From Candidatus Eremiobacteria bacterium (GTDB lineage: Bacteria; Vulcanimicrobiota; Vulcanimicrobiia; Vulcanimicrobiales; Vulcanimicrobiaceae), in contig CAVWUU010000006.1 of NCBI GenBank assembly GCA_963758295.1, positions 32,001-96,000 on the forward strand: a stretch of 64,000 nucleotides of DNA, read 5' to 3'. The notes under the pieces are model-generated. The model ran no database searches, was not told the origin of the DNA, and worked only from the letters and a program-made list of their open reading frames with translations. Shown one piece after another: positions 23,694 to 33,046 of this stretch (positions within the stretch are counted from its first letter, which is position 1; each line of letters begins with the position of its first letter). A program made the translations under genes and the position numbers.

Positions 23694-25498
23694 ACTCGTT
23701 GCGCGTTCGCGATTTCACTCGAGATGTCATCGAGTTCGTGAACCGCCCGCCCAACGGCCGCAGAAATTGCCGCTTTGTTGTGCGAGGTTAACGCTTTGCT
23801 AAGATCCGGGAAGGCCACCGCTGCATAGCCGTCGCGCCCGTAGAAAAATTTGTTCAAACGTTGCGCGATCCGGATTTCTCTATTGCCGTCGATTCCTCGC
23901 CGTTCGGCGATGGCGACCCGCGACGAAAAACGATCGATTGCGCGTTCTACCGGATCGACGTCGTTTACGTTTCCTTGCGCAATGTCTCGCAGCGCGGCGC
24001 GCATTCGCGCAGTGTAAGCGGAGAGCTGATATGGAACGGTTCCGCTCGCGAGCCGCATGGTCATCACGGCGACGAGCTGCGCGAGCGCTCGATGATTTAC
24101 GAATCCGGGATCGGCTTGCGTCGTTGCGTAAAGCAAGTCGTCGAAGCCCGAGTGATACACGCCGAACGGCCCTTCGAAGCCCACTTCGATCGTGGGAATG
24201 CCGAGGTCGTAAAGAAACGCTTCGAAGTCCGAACCGCCGCCCGGACCTTCGACCTGTACGCCGCCGCGCTGCGCGCGCCAGCGTTCGTAGAGCGTGCGAC
24301 GCTCTTCACGAGGATCGCGAATTGCTTGCGTTGCGGGGCCGATAAGATGTTCCAGTGGAGCGGCAGCGGTTGCGCCAAAGAGTTGGCCGGTCGCATCTTC
24401 GTCTTCGTTGATGTACGCGATGCAGCCGTTCTGCAATGCGCCTTCGTGCATGCGCACGTACGCCTCCGAGCCGGCTTCGCCGATCTCTTCGCCGTCGAAG
24501 CCGACGATCACGATCGAAAACTGCGGGCGCCAGCCGCTGCGATACAAATAGCCGAGCGCACGCGCCGCTTCGAGCACGGTCGTTACGCCGGCTCCGTTAT
24601 CTGTAACCCCGTAAACCCATGCGTCGCGATGCGCTCCCACGACGACCATATGGGTCGGATCGTTTCCCGTGAGGACGCCGACGGTATTCCAGAGCGGTTC
24701 ATGTTGGATCGTTTCGTCGACATGGAGCCGCGCCGGTACGTCGGTGATCCCGTTGCGCATGGCGCCAATCAAGCGCTGCGCGTTCGTCGTGGTGATCGGA
24801 AGAGTTGGAATCGTCAATCGCGGCGTGCCGACGCTCCCTCGTTGCACCGCGCCCAGCGGCCGGTAAGGACCCTTTGGAAACGCGGGCCCATGAAGCGAGC
24901 CGTCGCGATCGGCCGGATCCGAGAAGAAGAGGACGCCGCTTGCACCGTAGCCCTGCGCGCGTCGCGCGAGCAAGCCGCGGAACTGGCGTCCGTAGCGAAT
25001 CAAGACGATGCGCGTACGCACGTCGATGCCCCGTGCCCCGAGCGCGCGATAGTCGGCTTCGAGTCCATGGCCGGCGTCGATGACCGGTGCCGATGCGGTG
25101 CCGCTGCCGCTCCATGCGTTGAACGGAATGCCCGTGCCTTTGCGCGTGCCGTCCGGATCCTCGGGAATAGGCGTTTCTCGAAGATCGAAATCGATGCGCG
25201 GCTTGGTTAGCAGCGATAGTTGCGCTTTGCGCAGCATCGGCACGTCGCTTTGAAAACTTTCGATCGCCGCGTCGAATCCGTCTTGCGAGAGCTCGTCGCG
25301 CATCCATTGCGCGATATGCTGATCGCCCGGCGTGCCGGCGTAGTGCGATTCCTGATTCAGACGCGTCGCGTCTTGCATTGCGGCCGAAACGGCCGGCACG
25401 TCAATGAGATACTGTTCGGAGGCTCGCTGATCCGCGCGCAGCGTTGCGGTGCCGGCCGCAAAGAACCCGGCGCAGACTAGGGCGGCAATGCGTCTCAT
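23690..25498 (-). CDS. Secreted M28 family peptidase with PA domain (glutamate carboxypeptidase II-like)
   Basis: Signal peptide; HYAGT, GAHRDAW, DNGAG, DGEE, GGSD, YHS. Confidence 0.88.
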   Translation of the reverse strand: MRRIAALVCAGFFAAGTATLRADQRASEQYLIDVPAVSAAMQDATRLNQESHYAGTPGDQHIAQWMRDELSQDGFDAAIESFQSDVPMLRKAQLSLLTKPRIDFDLRETPIPEDPDGTRKGTGIPFNAWSGSGTASAPVIDAGHGLEADYRALGARGIDVRTRIVLIRYGRQFRGLLARRAQGYGASGVLFFSDPADRDGSLHGPAFPKGPYRPLGAVQRGSVGTPRLTIPTLPITTTNAQRLIGAMRNGITDVPARLHVDETIQHEPLWNTVGVLTGNDPTHMVVVGAHRDAWVYGVTDNGAGVTTVLEAARALGYLYRSGWRPQFSIVIVGFDGEEIGEAGSEAYVRMHEGALQNGCIAYINEDEDATGQLFGATAAAPLEHLIGPATQAIRDPREERRTLYERWRAQRGGVQVEGPGGGSDFEAFLYDLGIPTIEVGFEGPFGVYHSGFDDLLYATTQADPGFVNHRALAQLVAVMTMRLASGTVPYQLSAYTARMRAALRDIAQGNVNDVDPVERAIDRFSSRVAIAERRGIDGNREIRIAQRLNKFFYGRDGYAAVAFPDLSKALTSHNKAAISAAVGRAVHELDDISSEIANAQRV

Positions 25499-25528
25499 GC
25501 CGGTGAGTTCGCGCCGTCCGCAGGGGCA

Positions 25529-26593
25529 TCATTTTATCGCGCGGAGTAAGGCGCGTGCATCGCGATCCAGCCGCTGGCCCGCGATCTTCGGATGGCTCAA
25601 ATAGAATAGCGTCATAATGCGCAGGACGTAACGATGGTGCGGCGGATTCGGCATCGCCTCGAATGCCGTCCGGGCCGAAGCTGCCAAAAACGACGCGCGC
25701 TCGCGTAAGGCTTTGGCGCCGCCGTAAACAACCGCGAAATTCAGTTCGCCGTGGTGCCGGTCTTCGGCTTGATCGATGAACGAGTCGAGAAGCACGTGAA
25801 GAGCGGAAACGTATGGGAAGTAGGCCGCATAGGCCTTTTCGATAGCTTCCGGTTTGCCGGCAAAGGCGGCATAGAGCGGACCGTAGACTTGAAATTGCGA
25901 TCCCGCGGCGCACGCAAATTCGTGCCAGTCCAAATCGGTGAAGCCGTCGCGATTGCGCTCGTACCACTCGACGCAGGCGATCTCGCGTTCTCCCGGTCGA
26001 AGATGCACGAACGTCTGCATGTCGCTATAGAACGCGGCCGCTTCCGCGAAGAACGGCTTTAGGAGCGCAATCGAAGGCGTTTCGCGGAGTGCCGTCTGCG
26101 TTTGCCGGACGAGGCTTCGCAGGTAGCCGCCGTCGTCGCCTTCCGGGCCGAGAGCATAGTAATCGCGAGGCTCTGCTTCAACGTCGAGGGCATCGGCGAT
26201 GGCTTGATGCAGCACCGGATACGCAGCTGCATCGACTTCGGGATGACGATCGCAAAGATTGTCGAGGTAATCATAAATCGTTTCCAACGGCGCTACGACG
26301 TCGACATACTGTTGCGCAAGTTCCGCAGGTAAGAACGTGGCGAGAATCGCTGCGCCGGCGACGTGATAGGACTTTCCGTCGACGCTTGCCAGAGCTTCTT
26401 TTCGCAGCAGCGGATCGGGAATCTGGGCGGCACGCTCGCGGATTTCGCGCAGCCGTTTTGCGGCCATCGGCACGACTCGCCGCAAGAACGCCGCCGTGTG
26501 CGCCAGAGCGCTCGGGCCGTCGGCAAGGAGAAACCGCAACCGTTCGGGGCTCGCGGTAACAAGCCGCAGCACGGGGGCGATGTCGCGAAACAA
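25529..26593 (-). CDS. ytpB: Tetraprenyl-beta-curcumene synthase family (YtpB/DUF2600, class IB terpene synthase)
   Basis: IPDPLLRKEALAS, DYLDNLCD, DYY...DDGGYL, WHEFACAAGS, LHVLLDSFIDQAED..GELNF match my recollection of the YtpB family. Confidence 0.82.
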   Translation of the reverse strand: MFRDIAPVLRLVTASPERLRFLLADGPSALAHTAAFLRRVVPMAAKRLREIRERAAQIPDPLLRKEALASVDGKSYHVAGAAILATFLPAELAQQYVDVVAPLETIYDYLDNLCDRHPEVDAAAYPVLHQAIADALDVEAEPRDYYALGPEGDDGGYLRSLVRQTQTALRETPSIALLKPFFAEAAAFYSDMQTFVHLRPGEREIACVEWYERNRDGFTDLDWHEFACAAGSQFQVYGPLYAAFAGKPEAIEKAYAAYFPYVSALHVLLDSFIDQAEDRHHGELNFAVVYGGAKALRERASFLAASARTAFEAMPNPPHHRYVLRIMTLFYLSHPKIAGQRLDRDARALLRAIK

Positions 26594-27787
26594 TTACAAG
26601 CCGCCGACGAAACGGCCCGCATTCAGCGTGCCCTTGGGGTCGAAGCGCTCTTTGAGTTCGCGCATTCGCTCGAAGGCGGGCGGCAGTTCGCCCCACACGC
26701 GCAGGACTCCGCGTTTGGGATGATTACCCGCGATAATGATGGCACCGGGCTGTTCGTCGTGCAGCGCGTCGTCGAACATCTCGATCTTCGCGCCAAGCGC
26801 GTGGGAATCGAGATCGCTTACGCGCAGGATCGCATCGCCGTTCATAGCGTCGATCAACCTGTCGCAGCGTAATTCAAAACGTTCGGCAATCGCGTTCAGA
26901 CCCGCTAATGCCGTCTCGGCCTCGTCCACCGGCGTTGCTAAGCGGTACGTGATGGATCGTTCCCCGACGTTCGCCACGTAGGCGTCCACGGCGCGTTCGA
27001 ACGACTCTCGCGCTCCGGCATCGATTATGCGAGTCTCCGGGACGCCGGCGCGGCCCAGTGCCGAACGCAAATCGCGTGTCGCGCGTTCGAGTAATTCGCT
27101 GCTTCCCTCGAGCAAAATGACCATGCGGCCATCCGCGCCGTCTTCGCCGTCGACAGCCCCGCGGAAGCCGTCCATCCATAAGGCAGCCGACGGCGGCACC
27201 GGGAGATTGCGCATCTGCGCGATAGCGCGGGAGCGCGTGCCTTCCGGCAAACGCGCGAGAAACACGCGCGCTTCGGGCGGAAGCGCAATGGTTTTCAAAT
27301 TAGCCTGAACGAGCACGCAGAGCGTGCCGAACGAGCCGACGTAAAGACGGCTCATGTCGTATCCCGAGACGTTTTTCACGACCATTCCGCCGGCGTGCGC
27401 GATCGTGCCGTCGGCAAGCACCACAGTGGTTCCAAGCAGAAAATCACGTGGCCGTCCGTAGAGATGGCGGCGGGGGCCGAGCCAACCCGCGGCGAGCGTT
27501 CCGCCGACGGTTGCATCCGCGGAACACGGCGCATCGAAGGGAACTTGCGTTCCGTGGCGGCCCAGCACGTTTGCAAGCGTGCGAAGCGTAACGCCGCTCT
27601 GCGCGGCAATCGTCAAGTCGGACGGTGCATCTTCGACCACGGCATTTAGGCTCAGCGTTGAAAGCTTTTCCGCATCCTGGTCCGGTGGAAGGCCCATACC
27701 GGCCAGCGTATTTCCGCCCGCCACGGCGATTTGCCGCCCGTCGCGATTTGCCGCGGCGACGGCTTGGGCAAGCGTCTCTACCGTCAT
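26594..27787 (-). CDS. glcE: FAD-binding oxidoreductase, GlcE-like
   Basis: ATVGGTLAAG, GGMVVKNVSGYDM..LYVGSFGTL, LKERFDPKGTLNAGRF; downstream of glcD. Confidence 0.8.
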   Translation of the reverse strand: MTVETLAQAVAAANRDGRQIAVAGGNTLAGMGLPPDQDAEKLSTLSLNAVVEDAPSDLTIAAQSGVTLRTLANVLGRHGTQVPFDAPCSADATVGGTLAAGWLGPRRHLYGRPRDFLLGTTVVLADGTIAHAGGMVVKNVSGYDMSRLYVGSFGTLCVLVQANLKTIALPPEARVFLARLPEGTRSRAIAQMRNLPVPPSAALWMDGFRGAVDGEDGADGRMVILLEGSSELLERATRDLRSALGRAGVPETRIIDAGARESFERAVDAYVANVGERSITYRLATPVDEAETALAGLNAIAERFELRCDRLIDAMNGDAILRVSDLDSHALGAKIEMFDDALHDEQPGAIIIAGNHPKRGVLRVWGELPPAFERMRELKERFDPKGTLNAGRFVGGL

Positions 27788-29163
27788 CGCACTTCGGCGC
27801 AGCGAGCGCCGCTCGGGAAAATCTTTTCCGGATTAAGCACCTTTCGCGGATCGAAAACGTCGCGTACGCGCGCCATTGTGGCCAAATCTTCGGTCGAATA
27901 AATCTTCGTCATCGCGTCGCGCTTCTCGTACCCAATTCCGTGCTCGCCGCTCACCGTGCCGCCAAGACGCACCGCGGTTTCGAGGATGGCATTTCCCGAT
28001 TCGATGACCGCCGCAACTTGGCGCGGGTCGCGCTTGTCGTAGGCGAGCATCGGATGCAGATTTCCGTCGCCTGCATGAAAAACGTTGCCGACGGTAAGGT
28101 CGTATTCGCGCGCAATCTCTTCGACCGCGTGCAGCGCTTTGGGCAAGGTGCTGCGGCGGACGCAAACGTCTTGCATGTAGTAATTTGGTGCAATGCGTCC
28201 CATGGCGCCGGCTGCGCCCTTGCGCCCCGCCCACAATGCGTCGCGTTCCGCCTCCGTGCGCGCGCTGCGCCACGTGAGCGCGCCGTGCTGCCGAACGATC
28301 CGCGAAAGATCGGCTTCGTAGCGGTTCATGTCTTCTTCGAATCCCGCGCTTTCGATCAACAACACGGCACCGGCATCGGTTGGGTATCCGGCCCGGAAGG
28401 CGTCTTCGACCGCTCGCGCCATCACGGCATCCATCATCTCGAGCGCACTAGGCACGATGCCTTCGGCGATGATCGCTGAAACGGCTTCGGACGCGGATTC
28501 AACGTCGCTGAACGTTGCAAGCCATACGCGAACCGCTTCAGGCGAGCGCATTAAACGTACCCACGCCGAGGTAACGATGCCGAGCGTCCCTTCACTTCCG
28601 ACGAAAGCTGCGGTGAGATCGTACCCCTGCGCGTCGATGCTCGTCGTAAAAACATCGCCGTTAGAGTCGACGATTTCGAGTTCCAAAACGTGATTCACCG
28701 TCGTGCCGTACGAAAGGCAGTGCGGACCGCCCGCGTTCGTGGCGATATTTCCGCCGATCGTCGAGATCTTTTGCGACGACGGATCGGGCGCGTAGAAAAG
28801 GCCGGTGGGCGAGGCGGCTTTCGACAAATCCAGATTGATGACGCCCGGCTGCACGCGCGCGCGTCTCCGAGCCGCGTCTAATTCCAAAATGCGGTTCATG
28901 CGCGCGAACGAAAGCACGACGCCGCCCCTTATGGGAACCGCGCCACCGCACAGACCGGTGCCCGCGCCCCGTGCAATCAGCGGCTCATCGAATTCATTCG
29001 CAATTTTCACGATCGCGCTTACATCGGCGACGCTCGACGGCAACACGACGGCCGCTGGAAGCTGGCCGTCGGTATAGGCATCGAATGAATACACGGCGAG
29101 GTCTTCGGGCGACGCCTTTACGGCTTCCGCACCGAGTGCGTCGCTCAAACGCTCCTGGAGCAC
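27784..29163 (-). CDS. glcD: FAD-linked oxidase, glycolate oxidase subunit GlcD-like
   Basis: RGAGTGLCGG, APDPSS, GGNIATNAGG, GSEGTLG, HAGDGNLHP, SGEHGIG. Confidence 0.88.
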   Translation of the reverse strand: MLQERLSDALGAEAVKASPEDLAVYSFDAYTDGQLPAAVVLPSSVADVSAIVKIANEFDEPLIARGAGTGLCGGAVPIRGGVVLSFARMNRILELDAARRRARVQPGVINLDLSKAASPTGLFYAPDPSSQKISTIGGNIATNAGGPHCLSYGTTVNHVLELEIVDSNGDVFTTSIDAQGYDLTAAFVGSEGTLGIVTSAWVRLMRSPEAVRVWLATFSDVESASEAVSAIIAEGIVPSALEMMDAVMARAVEDAFRAGYPTDAGAVLLIESAGFEEDMNRYEADLSRIVRQHGALTWRSARTEAERDALWAGRKGAAGAMGRIAPNYYMQDVCVRRSTLPKALHAVEEIAREYDLTVGNVFHAGDGNLHPMLAYDKRDPRQVAAVIESGNAILETAVRLGGTVSGEHGIGYEKRDAMTKIYSTEDLATMARVRDVFDPRKVLNPEKIFPSGARCAEVR

Positions 29164-29224
29164 GATTCAGGGATGTTTACGCGAGCAGGAAGCTTAGCCT
29201 GCCCGCGTTAACCGCCGCAGTGCC

Positions 29225-29689
29225 GTGTTTTTCTTCGGGCGTAAGAAGCCGCCACCGCAGCGCAGGGAAAACGCTCAGCCGACTGCCGCACAGAAACGTT
29301 CGTCGTTTCGAATGCCGGTGGAGTTCGACGTGTTCTACACGCTGCACGGCCGCGCGGGTCGCCGCTCCGGCCGCGCCAACGATCTTTCAGCCGGCGGCCT
29401 TCGTCTTTCGACCGACGAGGATTTTCTGCACGAGTCCGTTCTCAATCTCGATTTCCAGCTTCCGTCGGATTTTCTCTCGGAACTCACGGTCGAATTCGAA
29501 CCCGCGCCTTTCGCTCCGATGCACGTTACCGGCGCGGTCCGCTCCGCTTTCTTCGTCCCTTCGACAAAGCGCCTCGCTTACGGCTTACAGTTCCGCGACC
29601 TGGAGGACACCGTTAAAGAAGAACTGGAACGCTTCGTCCACTTATGGCAGGTTCGGCAACTACAACTCCGCCAAGCCGCAAACCGCTAA
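29225..29689 (+). CDS. Stand-alone PilZ domain protein (c-di-GMP receptor)
   Basis: QKRSSFR (RxxxR) and DLSAGG (D/NxSxxG) motifs; YGLQF. Confidence 0.82.
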   Translation: MFFFGRKKPPPQRRENAQPTAAQKRSSFRMPVEFDVFYTLHGRAGRRSGRANDLSAGGLRLSTDEDFLHESVLNLDFQLPSDFLSELTVEFEPAPFAPMHVTGAVRSAFFVPSTKRLAYGLQFRDLEDTVKEELERFVHLWQVRQLQLRQAANR

Positions 29690-29775
29690 GCGCTAACATT
29701 GGCGTGGCAAGCAGCTGCACATGCCGTATCCGGAGCTTGCTCGAAGGGCGGCCGCATAACTTTTTTTTGGGGGAG

Positions 29776-31008
29776 TTAGTACAGAAGATACTTGGTTCGC
29801 AGAGCGCGGAAAGCGTCGACCGCCGCGGACCATGGTTCCAAGATGGCCGATGCCGATTTGCCGGCGGTTAAACCCAAGCGAAGCGAATTGGTTCCCCAGT
29901 CGCGATCGAGCGCGGCGGGTTCTTTGATTTGGATGGCATGCGGCGCAATGTCGCGCACGGCCGTAAGGATTTCGACCGCAGTGCGAATCGCGAGAAATGT
30001 GTGCGGATCGAAAACGACGAGTTCCACGCCGCTCAGTTCGCGATCTTTCCAGAATCCCGCAATGGGCGACCAAGACGCCGGCCGGAAATACACGCCCGGC
30101 AGCGAGCGCGCATTCAACCGGTCTGCAAGCGCGTACGAGTCGAGGCCGAGCGCGCCCGCATAAAAAAACGGCTTAGTGAAACCGGTTCCGTTGTTGACTC
30201 CGGCGTTATCGATGAGGCCGGTGCACACGTAAACGAAGGTTGTTTGCCAATCGGGAATATTCGGAGAACTTTGCACCCATTGCAATCGCGTCGACGGCCA
30301 AATCATCGTGCGATCGTAACCGCGCATCGGGATGACGCGTAAATTTGCGCCGATGCCGAAGCGGTCGTTGAAAAGCTTTGCCAGTTCGCCGACGGTCATG
30401 CCGTGCCGCATCGCCATGGGATAGAGTCCGATGAATGATTTGAACGACGGGTCTAGGACCGGTCCTTCGACGATGTCGCCGCCAATCGGATTGGGACGGT
30501 CCAGAATCCAGATCTCTTTGCCGTATTGCTTTGCGCTTTCCATGGCGTACGCCATAGTGCTGATGAACGTATACGCCCGCGAACCAACGTCTTGAATGTC
30601 GAAAATGAGCACGTCGACGCCCTGCAGCATTGCGGCGCTGGGATGGCGCGTCGGTCCATAGAGGCTGTAGACCGGCAGTTGCGTCGCCGGATCGGTGTAC
30701 GACGGTACGTAACTTCCCGCCGGGCGGTCGCCGCGAAAGCCGTGTTCCGGCGCATAGATCGCTTTGAGCCGGATCTGCGAATTGCGGCGCATTGCGTCGA
30801 CGACCGACTGCAGGCGAGATGTGACGCCCGTCTGATTCGTTATGACACCGACGCCGCGGCCTGCGAGTTCACGCCAGGTCTCGTTCAAGAACACTTCGTC
30901 GCCCAGCGTTACGGTCGCTCGCGGCAGCGACGCTGCGTGAAGCGGCCCGCATGCAGCGGCGGTAAATGCGCCGGCACCGGCGCTCGCAAAGAACTGACGG
31001 CGGTTCAT
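29776..31008 (-). CDS. namZ: Exo-beta-N-acetylmuramidase NamZ family (DUF1343), Tat-exported
   Basis: MNRRQFF twin-arginine signal; GVITNQTG, APEHGFRG, FDIQDVGSR.YTF, LDRPNPIGG, RHGMTVGELA, SPNIP. Confidence 0.88.
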   Translation of the reverse strand: MNRRQFFASAGAGAFTAAACGPLHAASLPRATVTLGDEVFLNETWRELAGRGVGVITNQTGVTSRLQSVVDAMRRNSQIRLKAIYAPEHGFRGDRPAGSYVPSYTDPATQLPVYSLYGPTRHPSAAMLQGVDVLIFDIQDVGSRAYTFISTMAYAMESAKQYGKEIWILDRPNPIGGDIVEGPVLDPSFKSFIGLYPMAMRHGMTVGELAKLFNDRFGIGANLRVIPMRGYDRTMIWPSTRLQWVQSSPNIPDWQTTFVYVCTGLIDNAGVNNGTGFTKPFFYAGALGLDSYALADRLNARSLPGVYFRPASWSPIAGFWKDRELSGVELVVFDPHTFLAIRTAVEILTAVRDIAPHAIQIKEPAALDRDWGTNSLRLGLTAGKSASAILEPWSAAVDAFRALRTKYLLY

Positions 31009-31021
31009 ACGCCGTCTTTCG

Positions 31022-31867
31022 CTAGACGAAGCGCGGTTCCGTCGTGGATCCGAGAATGCCGGCGTCGTGAGCGCGCGAGAAGAGCTCGCGGACGGCGGCG
31101 ATTCCGTCTTCGCCGATATCGTCGCTATACTCGTTCACGTAGAGCCCAATGTGCTTGCGCATGACGTCGTCGCTCATCTCGAAGGCATGCTCGCGAACGT
31201 ATGGCATAATGGCCGCCGCGTCACTGCGCGAGAAGGCGAGACTATGCCGAATCGCCGCGCCGATCTCTCGCGCGCGGGCATCGTCGATATCGTTACGCAC
31301 GAGAATGCCGCCGAGCGGAATCGGCATGCCTGAGACCGATTCCCACCAATCGCCTAGGTCGGCGATTTGCACGAGTCCGGAACTCTGATAGGTAAAGCGC
31401 GATTCATGGATGATCAGCCCTGCGTCAACTTCGCCCGAGGCAACGGCCGGGATGATCGAATCGAAACGCATTTGCCTCACATCCGGGCGCCCGCCGAGCG
31501 CGAGTTGCAGCAACATGAATGCGGTGGTGCGTTCGCCCGGAATCGCTATGCGCTTTCCGCGCAAGTCCGAAAGCGAATTCGCGGCCGCCGGGCGCGCGAC
31601 GACGAGCGGTCCGCATCCTCGACCGAGCGCTCCGCCCGAACGAAGAATGCGAAACTTGTCCATGAGGTACGGGATCGCGCCGTAGCTGACTTTCGTCAAC
31701 GCGAATCGTCCCTCGGCCGCGGCATTATTGAGTTCTTCGATATCGGCGAGATGCACGCGCACCCGCGGTGCGTCGGCTAATAACCCGTTCGTCAGCGCCG
31801 CGAAGATGTACGTGTCATTGGGACACGGCGAATACGCGAGCGTATACGCGCCGGTTTCAATCTGCAC
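31022..31867 (-). CDS. mqnD: 1,4-dihydroxy-6-naphthoate synthase (futalosine pathway)
   Basis: YSPCPNDTYIF, GGALGRGCGPL, IIHESRFTY, DLGDWW, PIPLGG, HIGLYVNEY. Confidence 0.92.
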   Translation of the reverse strand: MQIETGAYTLAYSPCPNDTYIFAALTNGLLADAPRVRVHLADIEELNNAAAEGRFALTKVSYGAIPYLMDKFRILRSGGALGRGCGPLVVARPAAANSLSDLRGKRIAIPGERTTAFMLLQLALGGRPDVRQMRFDSIIPAVASGEVDAGLIIHESRFTYQSSGLVQIADLGDWWESVSGMPIPLGGILVRNDIDDARAREIGAAIRHSLAFSRSDAAAIMPYVREHAFEMSDDVMRKHIGLYVNEYSDDIGEDGIAAVRELFSRAHDAGILGSTTEPRFV

Positions 31868-32474
31868 TGGCGGGAACGGTGTGAAGAAGATCGAGTGTCG
31901 CATTGAGCACGTAGCGCAAACCCGTGATTCCAGCCGCGAAATCCCATTCGCTCTTCGCGCGATCGCCGACAATATTTGAAATGCCGCGAACCTCCAGCGC
32001 CGGAACGCCGGCGAGCTGGGCGGCTCGCAAAACTGCAAAGCCTTCCATCGTTTCGATTTCAGCGCCGCGCCCGCGCAAGCGCTCAGCCGTCGCTTCGGTT
32101 GCGGTCACTTGGCCAACGGTGATACCGCGAACTTGATGGAAGCCGAGCGCCGTAACCGCTTCAACGAGTTGTACGTCGGCCGGCACGCGATCCACGATGA
32201 GACCGCCGTCGGGAAGAGCGATGCGCTCGCCGGTCTCGAGATGGAGTTCCATCAGTTCTTCACCGACGACTACACCGTCGCCGACACTCGCAATGCCCCG
32301 AAACGCACCCGCGATTCCCGCATCCACTACGACGTCGTAGCGTCGTTGCGCGAGCGCCCGCGAAACTCGGGATGCGGCATCTACCGGGCCGATGCCGCCG
32401 TTTAAAACTTCAACGCCTGCGCGCGGACCGAGCCAATCCAATTCTTTGGCAACCGCGCAAACGAGCAAAATCAT
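31857..32474 (-). CDS. mqnB: Futalosine hydrolase
   Basis: PNP/nucleosidase fold: GIGPVDAA, AGIAG, ETMEGFAV, EVRGISN.VG.R..SEW; adjacent to mqnD. Confidence 0.85.
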   Translation of the reverse strand: MILLVCAVAKELDWLGPRAGVEVLNGGIGPVDAASRVSRALAQRRYDVVVDAGIAGAFRGIASVGDGVVVGEELMELHLETGERIALPDGGLIVDRVPADVQLVEAVTALGFHQVRGITVGQVTATEATAERLRGRGAEIETMEGFAVLRAAQLAGVPALEVRGISNIVGDRAKSEWDFAAGITGLRYVLNATLDLLHTVPASAD

Positions 32475-33046
32475 CGAACACCGATCATCTTATGAGTTTG
32501 AAGGGAAAGGCGAAACCGCGCGGGATGGGACTTCGCATACTCCAGCGCGATCTCGATGTTGTTTTGTTTGTTACCTTCGGGCTGCAGCAAAATCAAAGGT
32601 TTTTCAGCGAAAAGCGGGAGATGCTCTTCAGGAACACGCTCGTCGACGATGAGCTTCGCTTCGTCGGCGCGTTGCGCCATGCGAGAATCCACGCGTTCTT
32701 TCGGCGAGACGCACAGCCACACGTCTTTGGGCAGTTCCGTAAAGATGGTGCCGTTCGATTCGATGTGCACGCGGCGGCCGTCGGCTCGTAGCGCATCGAT
32801 GAGCTGGAGGGTTTCTTTCTGCGCGAGCGGTTCGCCGCCGGTCAAGATGACCATCGGGCAATCGCCGCCGAGTTCGCGAACTTTCGCGACGACGTCATCG
32901 ACGGTCGATAAAAGCTTCAACGAATAATCGGTATCGCAGAAGTCGCACGCTAGATTGCATCCCGCAAGACGCACGAAGACGGCAGGCGTGCCGCTCCACA
33001 TGCCCTCACCTTGGATGCTGTAAAAGATTTCCGCGAGTTGCAGCAT
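32471..33046 (-). CDS. queE: 7-carboxy-7-deazaguanine synthase (radical SAM)
   Basis: EIFYSIQGEG, FVRLAGCNLACDFCDT, TGGEP, ESNGT, VSPK, LSLQTHK. Confidence 0.93.
   Translation of the reverse strand: MLQLAEIFYSIQGEGMWSGTPAVFVRLAGCNLACDFCDTDYSLKLLSTVDDVVAKVRELGGDCPMVILTGGEPLAQKETLQLIDALRADGRRVHIESNGTIFTELPKDVWLCVSPKERVDSRMAQRADEAKLIVDERVPEEHLPLFAEKPLILLQPEGNKQNNIEIALEYAKSHPARFRLSLQTHKMIGVR

Noticed and set aside
29757..29779. T9/G5 run after namZ as a phase-variation tract or terminator
   Set aside because: It is intergenic between convergent stops, so it cannot shift a frame; the hairpin relies mainly on G-U pairs.
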